Positions 1 to 9,156 of a DNA stretch of 37,624 bases are shown in pieces; position 1 is the first letter of the stretch, and each line of letters opens with the position of its first letter. A model generated the notes under the pieces. The model did no database searches. It was not told the DNA's origin and saw only the letters and a list, made by a program, of their open reading frames with translations. The position numbers and the translations under genes are program-made. The DNA comes from Acidobacteriota bacterium (GTDB lineage: Bacteria > Acidobacteriota > UBA4820 > DSQY01). The stretch spans positions 1 to 37,624 of the forward strand of contig JBMFSH010000027.1 of NCBI GenBank assembly GCA_049967655.1, in the 5' to 3' direction.

Positions 1-1
1 C

Positions 2-1012
2 CCACCAGTTCTGCCCACACTGGGGCCTCCCGTGGAGCTGAAGCTCCCCGGCCGGCCCGCCGCGGTGGCGGATGTCAAGACGGACGACGAGGGGAGACTC
101 TACCTGACCGATATCGATGGCGGACGCGTCTTTGTCTATTCACCGGAGGGACGCTTTCTCCGGACCATCGGCGCCCCAGGCGCCGGTCCCGGCCGCATGA
201 CGAGGCCCATCGACCTGTCGATCTGCGGCGACACGCTGGCGGTGCGGGAAGACCACGGCCCCATCCATTTCTTTTCGGCTAAGACGGGCCGCTACCTCAG
301 CACCCTGCGGCTGCCCGCCTCCAACTTCTCCACGCAGTGGTTTCTCACGCCGAAGCGGATCGTCTTCCCCGGTGAGAGCTTCCCGGTCATGCCCGTCCCC
401 GACCGCCCCGTGGAGCTTTGGCTCCTCTACTCCACCTCGTGGAAGGGGCTGGAGCCGAGGATCAACGACGCCCGATCCTACGGCCCCGGCCAATTCGATG
501 TCTCGCGGGAGGCTCAATGGGCGGCCGCCGTGGCCACCCCCTGGGGCCGCGGACGCTGGGCTGTCACGCACTCTTTGCCCAGGAAGATCTTCCTCCTAGA
601 CGACGAGGGGCGGACCCTCGCGGTCTCCCAGGCGGAGCCGGCCGACGTCAGCCGCCTCCCGAACATCACTTTCGATACCATCGAGGCGACGCAGAAGGCC
701 CTCGTGGCATCCCACAGCGTGGGCGGGCTCATTCCGGCGGGACCATGGCTCGGCGTAGTCTGGAAGCACCGGCTGGAAAAGGTTCCGCTCGAAGTGGAAT
801 GGATGAACCAGCGGCTTGAGACCGTCGGTCGCGAGCCTCTGCACCTCTCCTTTCCACTCGCCTTCTTCGACGGGCTTCGCATCGCTGCTACGGACCGCTT
901 CGGGCGGGTCTATCTCATCGTGTATCATATCGATCCCATGCGTCTCGCCTATACGACGAGCCTCTACGTCTTGCACCTCACGCTGCCGGGGAAAGACCAT
1001 GTGGCGGGCTGA
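2..1012 (+). CDS. 6-bladed beta-propeller / NHL-repeat-like protein, probably 5'-truncated by the window edge
   Basis: NHL-like blades (DVKTDDEGRLYLTD...RVFVYSPEGRFLRTIGAPGAGPG...PIDLSICGDTLAV). The frame is open from position 2, so the true start probably lies upstream of the window. Confidence 0.7.
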   Translation, partial: PPVLPTLGPPVELKLPGRPAAVADVKTDDEGRLYLTDIDGGRVFVYSPEGRFLRTIGAPGAGPGRMTRPIDLSICGDTLAVREDHGPIHFFSAKTGRYLSTLRLPASNFSTQWFLTPKRIVFPGESFPVMPVPDRPVELWLLYSTSWKGLEPRINDARSYGPGQFDVSREAQWAAAVATPWGRGRWAVTHSLPRKIFLLDDEGRTLAVSQAEPADVSRLPNITFDTIEATQKALVASHSVGGLIPAGPWLGVVWKHRLEKVPLEVEWMNQRLETVGREPLHLSFPLAFFDGLRIAATDRFGRVYLIVYHIDPMRLAYTTSLYVLHLTLPGKDHVAG

Positions 1013-1520
1013 TCGCTGGGTTCCTTGGCTGGTGGGTATCTCGCTTCTCGGGATGGCGAGCTGTTCGCGGAGCGTCGGCGGGGCTACGTCTCTCCCTCCA
1101 CTCCCGGCGGTTCTGGGCCGAGCAGGCGGCGGCCGCCCGCCCGCGTATGAAGCCTTCCTGTTCGTGCGCCACGGTTGTCCCTGCGCGTTCGCCAAGGCCT
1201 ACTTCAGCCTCGACGCGGCCTTGAAGGCCGAACCCCTCTCGTGCAGCTTCAAACTGGTGGTGCCGCCTGGGCTCTCGATTGGGGAGCTTCAGGAGGCGGG
1301 CATTCCGAAGGAGCGCATTGTTCAGGACGGAGAAGGGCGACTGAGGGTCTTTTTCGGCCTTGCCCCCGCTGACCTCCCGTATCTCATGGTCGTGCCCTCG
1401 GCACAGCCGCGCCACCCCGTGCTGGCCTGCCGCGTCTCGCCGGTGGCCGACGAACAGCTCCTCATGGGCACGCTCCTCACGACCCTTCACTCCTTTCCAG
1501 GAGGTCTTCGAAATGAGTGA
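999..1520 (+). CDS. Putative lipoprotein with a thioredoxin-like CPC motif
   Basis: ATG at 999 overlaps the upstream stop. Hydrophobic signal ending in a lipobox-like LGMAS-C; FLFVRHGCPC motif (CPC at 1176-1184); IVQDGEGRL...FGL...LPYLMVV resembles the redoxin cis-Pro region. Confidence 0.55.
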   Translation: MWRADRWVPWLVGISLLGMASCSRSVGGATSLPPLPAVLGRAGGGRPPAYEAFLFVRHGCPCAFAKAYFSLDAALKAEPLSCSFKLVVPPGLSIGELQEAGIPKERIVQDGEGRLRVFFGLAPADLPYLMVVPSAQPRHPVLACRVSPVADEQLLMGTLLTTLHSFPGGLRNE

Positions 1521-4197
1521 AGCACCCTACCGGAGCTGCAATCGCAATCTGGCCGTCACCTTGGCCCTCACCCTCTTTCTCGTGACCGCCGGACTCGCGG
1601 CGCAGACGGCGCCGGAGCGGTGGATCTGCGGTCTGGAGCCCGCGGCGGTGCCCAAGCTTCTGACGCCGGATGAGGCGAAGAGACTGCCCACCGAGCCGGT
1701 GGTCCTCTGGCAGTCGGGTTATGCCATGCTCCTCATCACCAAGGGACGCACCATTCCTGCCGCGTGTCCCGAAGGCCGAGCCGTAGTGCTTCAGGTGCGA
1801 AGGCAGGACGGAAGCCCAGCGGCAAGGGTTCTCGTGGAATGGAAGCCTTCCGGTTGGCCCAACCTGCCCGAACCCTTCGGCCGGGTGATGACGGATGAGA
1901 GCGGAAAGGCGATACTGCACGCCATGCAGGGCGAGACCCTCGTTGCGTGGATTGAAGAGGCCGCCTACCTTCCCATGATCACGGAGATTCCGGCTTCCTC
2001 CGACTCCGTAGCGCTTCCTCTGGTGCCGGCGCCGCTCACGCTCTGGCACGTGCAGGGTCCCTCTGGGCGGGACGCGGACGCTCCCCACCTCGTCTACCTG
2101 GACGGGTGCACGACTCTCAACCCGCTGGCATTGGCTGAACATCTGAAAACTCTTCGGAAGGAGGTCGTGGGCGATACCGCCGGTAGGCTCCAGGCACCCC
2201 CCGCCCCCGGCGGCATCACCATGGGCTGGCTCTGGGCGCGAGGATACCGGGTCCACCCGCTGGCCGCCTGGCCCCGTGGCTCCGAATCCATCCTCTTGGA
2301 GCCAGCGCAGGGGTGCCGCCTGATCGTGGAGATTCCCCCAACGGTCCATCGAGAGCCGCCACTGACCGTAACGGCCGATTATTATCCCCCGGACCTGCCC
2401 TGGCTCCGGCTCCGAGACGAGCTCCATCCTCCCCGGCGCGAATCGACCGTCGCTCCCATGGGCTATCCTTGCCGTATCACCTGCGCCGCTGGTGATGCGG
2501 CTCCCGTCCGCGTAGACTTGCATGAGCCCTGCGATGCGGGCGGTATTCACGTCTCCATGGAACGGGGAATCTTGCTTGCTGGACGCGTCGTCGATGCGAG
2601 CGGCCGGCCCGTTCCACAGGCGAGTGTCACCACGCGTTCCGATTCCCGGCTGCCGGAAGCACTCACGGACGAGAAGGGACAATTCCACCTCCCACCCTTG
2701 TACCGGGATATGGCTCCCTACACCCTCACGGTGCGGGCGGAGGGGTTCGTCCCCCAACAGGTGGGGCCCCTGCCGGCGCGCGAGAACCAAGCTCTCCTCG
2801 TGCGCATGACGCGGGGTGGAGAGATCGGGGGTCGCATCGTGGGTGAGCGTGACCTCACACCACTGCCGGAAGGAGGTGTGCGCGTCGAGGAGCGGTCAGG
2901 AGATATGTCCGGCGATGTTCTGTGGGAGGCTTCGGCGAATGCGGAAGGTGAGTTTCGGCTCTCGGGCCTCTTGCCGGGCCGCTATGAGGTGTTGGCCTGG
3001 GCGCCCCGGCGCAAGGCGCGCAGCGTCGCGGTGACGGTAACTGGAGCGGGCACGGTGGACATCGGAGACCTGGCTCTCTCTTCTCATCCCGAGGTATCCG
3101 GGAGCTTGGTGCGGGAGGACGGTTCGCCGGCCGGAGCGGAGGCCCACGTGCAACTGAAGCGGATGCTGAAAGCCCCAGACGCCCTGGTAAAAGTGCCCCC
3201 TCCGGTGTTGGCTGGAACGGTTGGCGACGACGGCTCGTTTGACATTCCGGGCGTCGCTCCTGGGCGGTACCGCCTCGTAGCCTCGGAGGGGGAGGCGAGG
3301 GCCGTGAAGGAAGCCGTGGTGGTGGACGGGGAAGACGTGGATGTGGGTACCCTGACCCTGTCGAGAGGGGCCTCTGTAGAGGGAGAGTTGACGGATAGCC
3401 AGCCTCGGGATTTCAGCGGCTGGCGCGTCCAGCTGGCGAGTCAATCCTTCGACCTGAACGCTCCCGCTGCTGCCTGCGGCGCCGACGGGAGCTTCAGCTT
3501 TCTGGACGTGACGCCAGGGACGTACCGGATCCAGGCATTCGCTCCCATGCGGTTGGAACCATCGGCCATGCGAATGGTGAGCCTGTCGTCGGGCCAGAAG
3601 GTGAAGGTCACCATCCCCGTCAACGGCTTACAGCTTCCCATTCTGGTGCAGAAGGACGGCTTAGCGGTTGCCAACGCCTGGGTGACTATCAGCCAAGCGA
3701 GTGGCCAGGACTCGGATGAGGGTCTCGTGGCGGTGAACTCCGCCGGAGGGCGAATCATCTTGGGGATACCTTCGCCCACCCAGACCGCCCAAACCGATGC
3801 TTCAGGCTATGCGCTGGTAAAGGGGGTTTTTCCGGGGCCAGCCCAGGCCACGCTGGAATGGAACGGCATGGAGTACCGGCTTCCCCTCGTCATACCCGAC
3901 GAGGTTACCTCACCGCTCACCCTTTCCTTCATTGGTCTCACCCTGAACGGAAGAGTGGTTCGAACCGACGGCAGTCCCGTGGCCGATGCAAGCGTCTCTC
4001 TGGCCTTTCAGGGGGTGGGCGCGGTGGTTGGCAACACTGTTACGACGGATGGGCAGGGGCTCTTTTCGTTCCGTGGTCTCGGAGAGGGGAGCGTGACGGT
4101 GACCGCCGCCGAGGCCAGCTTGCATGGTAGCACCACCGTTGCCTTGAGCGCGGATGGCCCTGCTCCACCGCCCGTCACCGTCGTTGTGAGCCCGTAA
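1513..4197 (+). CDS. Secreted protein with repeated carboxypeptidase-regulatory-like (CnaB/transthyretin-type beta-sandwich) domains
   Basis: SD GGAGGT at 1500-1505 and ATG at 1513 overlapping the previous stop. Signal peptide; repeats such as GRVVDASGRPVPQASV...TDEKGQF, GEFRLSGLLPGRYEV and GRVVRTDGSPVADASV...TDGQGLFSFRGL. Confidence 0.8.
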   Translation: MSEAPYRSCNRNLAVTLALTLFLVTAGLAAQTAPERWICGLEPAAVPKLLTPDEAKRLPTEPVVLWQSGYAMLLITKGRTIPAACPEGRAVVLQVRRQDGSPAARVLVEWKPSGWPNLPEPFGRVMTDESGKAILHAMQGETLVAWIEEAAYLPMITEIPASSDSVALPLVPAPLTLWHVQGPSGRDADAPHLVYLDGCTTLNPLALAEHLKTLRKEVVGDTAGRLQAPPAPGGITMGWLWARGYRVHPLAAWPRGSESILLEPAQGCRLIVEIPPTVHREPPLTVTADYYPPDLPWLRLRDELHPPRRESTVAPMGYPCRITCAAGDAAPVRVDLHEPCDAGGIHVSMERGILLAGRVVDASGRPVPQASVTTRSDSRLPEALTDEKGQFHLPPLYRDMAPYTLTVRAEGFVPQQVGPLPARENQALLVRMTRGGEIGGRIVGERDLTPLPEGGVRVEERSGDMSGDVLWEASANAEGEFRLSGLLPGRYEVLAWAPRRKARSVAVTVTGAGTVDIGDLALSSHPEVSGSLVREDGSPAGAEAHVQLKRMLKAPDALVKVPPPVLAGTVGDDGSFDIPGVAPGRYRLVASEGEARAVKEAVVVDGEDVDVGTLTLSRGASVEGELTDSQPRDFSGWRVQLASQSFDLNAPAAACGADGSFSFLDVTPGTYRIQAFAPMRLEPSAMRMVSLSSGQKVKVTIPVNGLQLPILVQKDGLAVANAWVTISQASGQDSDEGLVAVNSAGGRIILGIPSPTQTAQTDASGYALVKGVFPGPAQATLEWNGMEYRLPLVIPDEVTSPLTLSFIGLTLNGRVVRTDGSPVADASVSLAFQGVGAVVGNTVTTDGQGLFSFRGLGEGSVTVTAAEASLHGSTTVALSADGPAPPPVTVVVSP

Positions 4198-4285
4198 GGC
4201 TCCTTCGGCCGGTTTCGTGTACCCTAAGCAGGTGCGCAGGGAGGCGGTTTCGTGTAGCCGGGCGTGAATGGGCTTAGGAAAACCA

Positions 4286-5278
4286 ATGAAGCAAAGGATT
4301 CTGACCGCCACGGCGAGCCTCGTGCTCTTCCTTGCGCTAGCACCCCATCCGAAGGCCCAGGAGCTGTCGCTCCTGGGAGGGGCGACGCAGGACGGGAAGA
4401 TCCACGACAGCTCCTACGCCTGGGCCATCGAATACCTGCAAGGGGTGAGCGAACATACCGCCTTCAGCGTGGCGTGGATGAACGAGGGCCACTTCCCCTA
4501 CCACCACCGGGACGGCAACGCCTTCCAGTACTGGGAGCGCTTCACCGTCTTCCACCGCCAGCTCGCCCTGGCGGCGGGGGCCGGCGTCTACCGCTACTTC
4601 GACACCACCGAAGCCGCCCGCGGCGGCTCCTATTCGGACGTGCACGGCTGGGGAGCCATCGAGAGCCTCAGCGCCACCTGGTACACCCGGAACCGATGGC
4701 TGCTCCAGGCCAGGATGAACTGGATCCAGGCCGCTCACAGCTTTGACGCCTGGTCCGCCGTGCTGGGCATCGGCTACCAGCTCTCCGCGCCGTCCGCGCC
4801 GGGCCCCCGCCCCAGGCCGCCCCACCAGGCGGAGTGGACCACGCGAAACGAGGTCACCCTCTTCGCCGGCCAGACCATCGTCAACAGCTTCCACTCCCAG
4901 TCCTCCATCGCCTCCAGCTTCGAGTACCGGCGGGGCATCGGCCGCTACTGGGATGCCTCCATCGCCTGGCTGAACGAGGGCGACAGCCGCGTGGTCCGGC
5001 GAAACGGCCTCATCGCCGAGGTCCAGGCCGTGCGCGCCTTTCTCGGAAACCACCTCGTCCTCGGCGCGGGGGGCGGGGCCTACGTCGCCATCGACAAGCG
5101 CCGCCCGCCAGCTCCCGGGGAGCTCGTGCCCGGGGGGACCCTCGCCGGCATCGTGACCCTGCGGGTGGCCTACCGGATCAACGACCGGTGGGAGATCCCC
5201 GCCCACTGGAACCGGATCGTCACCGGGTACAACCGGGACACGGACGTCTTCCTGGTCGGGCTGGGGTGCCGGTTCTGA
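4286..5278 (+). CDS. Outer-membrane beta-barrel protein with internal duplication
   Basis: Signal peptide (MKQRIL...PKA-QE), amphipathic beta-strands, C-terminal Phe (VGLGCRF), and two similar halves joined by a Pro-rich linker. Confidence 0.7.
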   Translation: MKQRILTATASLVLFLALAPHPKAQELSLLGGATQDGKIHDSSYAWAIEYLQGVSEHTAFSVAWMNEGHFPYHHRDGNAFQYWERFTVFHRQLALAAGAGVYRYFDTTEAARGGSYSDVHGWGAIESLSATWYTRNRWLLQARMNWIQAAHSFDAWSAVLGIGYQLSAPSAPGPRPRPPHQAEWTTRNEVTLFAGQTIVNSFHSQSSIASSFEYRRGIGRYWDASIAWLNEGDSRVVRRNGLIAEVQAVRAFLGNHLVLGAGGGAYVAIDKRRPPAPGELVPGGTLAGIVTLRVAYRINDRWEIPAHWNRIVTGYNRDTDVFLVGLGCRF

Positions 5279-5360
5279 GCGGAGGGTCCCCAGCGAAGGA
5301 CCCTCGGCGTCATGGGGCTCCCGGCCTGGCTCCCAGTATGCTGGGCTGGCCTCTTGGACC

Positions 5361-6779
5361 TCACCCGCGCTCCGTGAGAGTCGCGATGCCGCGACGAAGG
5401 CGGACGAGCGTCCCCGCCTTCCCCATGGCCGCAAGGACGTCGAAGATGCCGGGGCTTTCCGTGCGGCCAGTGAGAAATAGGCGGCAGGGGTGGATGAGGG
5501 CGCCGGCCTTCACGCCCGAGGCCTCGGCGTGGCCGCGCAGGAGCTCCTCGATCCTGACGGGATTCCACTCGTCCCCGGACAGCGCCTCCAATTGGGGGAT
5601 CAACGCCTCCAGCGCGGCGAGGGCGGCGGGATCCTTACGAGCCTTGGCGGCGCCCTTCTCGTCATACGGGAACTCCGTGGTCACGTAGGGCACGAGCATG
5701 GCCGCCAGCTCTCTTAGGTCCTTGGCGCGTGTGGCGCAGACCCGGACCGCCGCCTTTGAGGGCTTGGCCGCCCCCGGCGCCAGCGGCTCCAGGAAGGGTT
5801 GCACCAGCGCGGCCAGCTCGCCGGGCGGCGTCTCGCCCATGACCTTGGCGTTGATGAAGGCCAGGCGCTCGCGGTCGAAGACCGAAGCCGAGTTCTTGAG
5901 GGCCGAGAAGTCAAACCGGCGGATGACCTCGGGTACGGGAAGGAAGGGCTCCTCGCCGAGGTTGGCGCCGAGCTGGGCCAGGAAGTTGAAGAGCGCCAGC
6001 GGCAGGATACCCTCGTCCCTGTAGGAGAGCACGGAGACCGTGCCGTGTCGCTTGGAGAGCTTCTTCTTGTCCATGCCCAGGATGAGCGGCAAGTGCCCGA
6101 AGACGGGCGGCTCCTCGCCGAGCCCCGCGTAGAGGGCGATCTGCTTGGGCGTGTTGCTGATGTGGTCCTCGCCGCGGATCACGTGCGTCATCCCCATCGC
6201 CACGTCGTCGCTCACCACCGAGAGATGATAGGTGGGAGTGCCGTCGGAGCGGAGGAGCACGAAGTCCTCCACCTCCGAGCTGTCGAACTCGATGCGTCCC
6301 TTCACCACGTCGTCCCAGGCGAGTTTGCCCTCGGGCACGTCGCAGCGGACGACGAAGGGCTCTCCCGCAGCCGCGCGGCGGTCGGAGTCCTCCTTGGAAA
6401 TCGCGCGACAGAGCCGGTCGTACTTCCACTCGGCGGGCTTGCCGCTGGCGTTGCGGCGCGCATCGAGGGCCTCCTTGGAGCAGAAGCAGCGGTAGGCGTG
6501 GCCGGAGGCGAGGAGCTTCTGCGCGTTCTCGCGGTAGAGGGCCTGGCGCCCGCTCTGGAAGAAGGGGCCCTCGTCCCACGCGATGCCGAGCCAGCTCAGG
6601 CCGTCCAGAATGGCCTGGGTCATCTCGGGCGTGGAGCGGGCCTCGTCCGTGTCCTCGATGCGCAGGATGAGCGCCCCGCCGTGCCTGCGGGCGTAAAGCC
6701 AGTTGATGAGCGCGGTTCGGGCGCCCCCCACGTGGAGGTAGCCGGTGGGGGATGGAGCGAAGCGGACGCGAACGGGCAT
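5361..6779 (-). CDS. gltX: Glutamate--tRNA ligase
   Basis: VRVRFAPSPTGYLHVGGARTAL (HIGH motif), LRIEDTD, AYRCFC, THVIRGEDHISNTPKQ, KKLSKRHG (KMSKS motif). Start placed at ATG 6779. Confidence 0.96.
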   Translation of the reverse strand: MPVRVRFAPSPTGYLHVGGARTALINWLYARRHGGALILRIEDTDEARSTPEMTQAILDGLSWLGIAWDEGPFFQSGRQALYRENAQKLLASGHAYRCFCSKEALDARRNASGKPAEWKYDRLCRAISKEDSDRRAAAGEPFVVRCDVPEGKLAWDDVVKGRIEFDSSEVEDFVLLRSDGTPTYHLSVVSDDVAMGMTHVIRGEDHISNTPKQIALYAGLGEEPPVFGHLPLILGMDKKKLSKRHGTVSVLSYRDEGILPLALFNFLAQLGANLGEEPFLPVPEVIRRFDFSALKNSASVFDRERLAFINAKVMGETPPGELAALVQPFLEPLAPGAAKPSKAAVRVCATRAKDLRELAAMLVPYVTTEFPYDEKGAAKARKDPAALAALEALIPQLEALSGDEWNPVRIEELLRGHAEASGVKAGALIHPCRLFLTGRTESPGIFDVLAAMGKAGTLVRLRRGIATLTERG

Positions 6780-6867
6780 AGGATCCTCCCTGCTTCTAAG
6801 CCGCGAACGGTTCTGAGGGTCCCGGTCCGCGGACCGCCCAGGCCGGGCCGCGGTCCTCGGTCGGAAC

Positions 6868-6896
6868 AAAGTACCACCTCATCAGGGTTTTGCCAA
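6868..6896 (-). promoter_or_regulatory. Putative sigma70 promoter of gltX
   Basis: Minus strand TTGGCA-N17-TACTTT with an extended -10 TG. Confidence 0.45.
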
Positions 6897-6977
6897 CCGC
6901 AGGAAAAGCCGAGCATGGGATTTGAAGGAGCTATAATACTCAGAGGTGGAATCGAGTCCATCCGACGGAGAGCGGTC

Positions 6978-8450
6978 ATGGTGGCTTGCGGGCATCGGTG
7001 TTGGGCAGGGGCGCTCCTCGTCGCCGTGGCCGTGAGTCTAGCTTCCCAGACCCCCGCTCCCACCGGCGGGTTGGCCCTTCTCAAGGAGGGGCGCTTTGAT
7101 GATGCCGCGGCCGAGCTGGAGCTGGAGGTCAGGCGGAAGCCCGATAACCTCGGCCTGCGCGCTGCCTGGGTCAAGAGCCTCGTGGAAGGAGGGCGGTGGA
7201 TCGAGGCCCTCGCGGCGGCCAAGGAGACCTCTGAGCGCGCGCCCGCCGACCCCGAGGCCCGGCTGATATTCGGGGACTGCCTCTTTCTCAATTTCCGCGC
7301 CGACGAGGCGCTGGCGGCCTGGCAGCCGGTTCTGAAGGATGAGCGCTGGCGAGTCGTTGCCCTTCCCAAGATGGTCAACGCCGCTCTCTGCCTGCGCCGC
7401 AAGGCGGAGGCCCTGTCCCTGATCGCCCGCGCCGAAGCCAAAGGCGTTCCTCCCACCCCAGACCTGCTCTCCCTGAAAGCGAGGGCCCTGGATGATCCGT
7501 CGGCCAAGCTCGCAGTCTTGAAGGCCATGGCCCGGATCGCTCCCGGCTCGCAGCCCACGGCGGATCAGCTGCGGCTTTACGAAGCCCTGGCGCCGTTGGG
7601 CCCCGTGCGCATCGCCTCTCCCGCCCAGTTTCCCGGAAACACAACGATTCGGGAGATCTTCGGGGAGCCCAGCCTCCAGGTGACCATAAACGGCAAAAAG
7701 ACATGGCTGGCCCTGGATACGGGAGCGGAGTCGGTCCTGGTCAACGTCGATCTGGCCCACAAGCTGCGGCTACCCAAGCTGGGATCAGTGTTGCTCGAAG
7801 GCTGGGGCTCCGAAGGCCCCCGTCAGTCTCGCACCATCCTGATCTCGCGCCTGGAGGTAGCCGGAATGACCCTGACCCAGCAGCCGGCGGTGATCAACGC
7901 GCGGGACAGCGAGTTCTGGACCAACAAGGGCGGGTATCTGGGCCTTTCTCCCTTCGCCGGGTTCATGACCTACTACGACCGCCGGCACGGGAGGTTCGCT
8001 CTCTGGCCCAAGGGAACGCCGCCCGAGCAGCTCCTGGGGGAGAAGGGGACCACCCTGCCGCTCCTCTGGGTGGAGGGCGTGCCCCTCGTCCAGGTGAGGC
8101 TCCAGGGGCGGGGCCCCTTTCCCTTCCTCCTGGACACCGGCGCCCCCTACACGCTGCTGGCCTCCCAATACGTTCCGAAGCTCGGCATTCGCGTCAACTC
8201 GGGGAAGTACGGGAACCTCTACGGCGTGGGCTTTTCGGGAGCCTTCTCCTCGGGGCTGGCGGAGCAGGTCACCCTGGAGTTCGCGGGGCATGTCTTTCAA
8301 AAACCGGTGGCGCCCGTGACCGAAGTCCCCCAGCGCTTCCCGCTTCCCCTCTGGGGGATCCTGGGACGGGACATCCTGAACCGGTACCGGATGGTCTTCG
8401 ACGGCCCTGGAAACACCGTCACGGTGGCGCCCTATCCCGATATGAAGTGA
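6978..8450 (+). CDS. Exported TPR protein with two retropepsin-like aspartyl protease domains
   Basis: Signal-like N-terminus, TPR-like helices, two catalytic motifs ALDTGAE (7716) and LLDTGAP (8133), each followed by GYLG/GILG motifs. TATAAT at 6932-6937. Start is uncertain (6915 is an alternative). Confidence 0.82.
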   Translation: MVACGHRCWAGALLVAVAVSLASQTPAPTGGLALLKEGRFDDAAAELELEVRRKPDNLGLRAAWVKSLVEGGRWIEALAAAKETSERAPADPEARLIFGDCLFLNFRADEALAAWQPVLKDERWRVVALPKMVNAALCLRRKAEALSLIARAEAKGVPPTPDLLSLKARALDDPSAKLAVLKAMARIAPGSQPTADQLRLYEALAPLGPVRIASPAQFPGNTTIREIFGEPSLQVTINGKKTWLALDTGAESVLVNVDLAHKLRLPKLGSVLLEGWGSEGPRQSRTILISRLEVAGMTLTQQPAVINARDSEFWTNKGGYLGLSPFAGFMTYYDRRHGRFALWPKGTPPEQLLGEKGTTLPLLWVEGVPLVQVRLQGRGPFPFLLDTGAPYTLLASQYVPKLGIRVNSGKYGNLYGVGFSGAFSSGLAEQVTLEFAGHVFQKPVAPVTEVPQRFPLPLWGILGRDILNRYRMVFDGPGNTVTVAPYPDMK

Positions 8451-8530
8451 CTCGGGAGCGAGGAGCCGAGGGAGGCCCGGGCAGGACTGCCTCCGCCTCT
8501 CACTCCAAGCGTCCTGGGCTTGGCTTCGCG

Positions 8531-8569
8531 AAGAGAAAGAAAAGCTCCCCGGTTCAACGCCGGGGAGCT
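8531..8569 (-). terminator. Rho-independent terminator (minus strand)
   Basis: 10-bp stem AGCTCCCCGG/CCGGGGAGCT (8543-8569), followed on the minus strand by TTTCTTTCTCTT. Confidence 0.7.
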
Positions 8570-8694
8570 ATCAGAGGAGGGGGGATCCTCATGGGAAAGC
8601 CCTTCGTTCACCCCGCGCCCTCCGAGGAGGGGGGGAACTCCCCGGCCGCGAGGCCGGGGAGTTCTGAGAGGAGGGGGGATCCTCTTTGGAAAGC
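8541..8694. repeat. Two imperfect ~60-bp direct repeats, each a GC hairpin plus GAGGAGGGGGGATCCTC
   Basis: Units at 8541-8600 and 8635-8694 share CTCCCCGG..CCGGGGAG..AGAGGAGGGGGGATCCTC..GGAAAGC. Confidence 0.8.
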
Positions 8695-8759
8695 GTCTCG
8701 TGGAACCGCTCGGGTTCCAGGCCCCGGGCCGGCGAATTCCACGCCGCCCGAAGCAGGGC

Positions 8760-9083
8760 TCAGGCCTCGAAGGAGTGCCCGCACCCGCAGGAGGCCACCG
8801 CATTCGGGTTCTGGAACACGAACCCGGACCCCCTGATATCGTTCACGTAATCCACCACGGTGCCCTTCAGGTACAGAAGAGAGGTCTTGTCCACGTAGAC
8901 TGGAAGGTCCTGGAACTCGTACTTCTCGTCGTTCTCCGTTCCCTGGTCCACCAGAGATAGATCGTACTGGAAGCCACTGCAACCGCCGCCTACGACGGAG
9001 ATCCTGAGCCCGGCTCCGGTGCGGCCCTCTTCGCCGATGAAGCTCTTCACTGCCTGAATGGCCTGCTCGGTCAACTGGATCAT
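8760..9083 (-). CDS. A-type Fe-S cluster carrier protein (IscA/SufA/ErpA, HesB family)
   Basis: LRISVVGGGCSGFQY and FVFQNPNAVASCGCGHSF with the three conserved Cys; SD GAGGTGGAGG upstream. Confidence 0.95.
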   Translation of the reverse strand: MIQLTEQAIQAVKSFIGEEGRTGAGLRISVVGGGCSGFQYDLSLVDQGTENDEKYEFQDLPVYVDKTSLLYLKGTVVDYVNDIRGSGFVFQNPNAVASCGCGHSFEA

Positions 9084-9139
9084 TGCTTCCTCCACCTCAG
9101 CGCATCGACCTTTCCTCAAGCGGTGCGCGATGTATCCGA

Positions 9140-9156
9140 AGCAAGGTCGGTGCCAA
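9140..9156 (-). promoter_or_regulatory. Putative sigma54 (-24/-12) promoter of the Fe-S carrier gene
   Basis: Minus strand TTGGCAC-CGACC-TTGCT is an exact match to TGGCAC-N5-TTGCW, 57 bp upstream of the start codon. Confidence 0.65.

Noticed and set aside
5799..6977. N-terminal 393-aa extension of the aspartyl protease ORF
   Set aside because: It lies mostly antisense to gltX; the signal-peptide-like start and SD are at 6978.
8541..8694. Mini CRISPR array
   Set aside because: Only two imperfect ~60-bp units with differing loops, and no cas genes.
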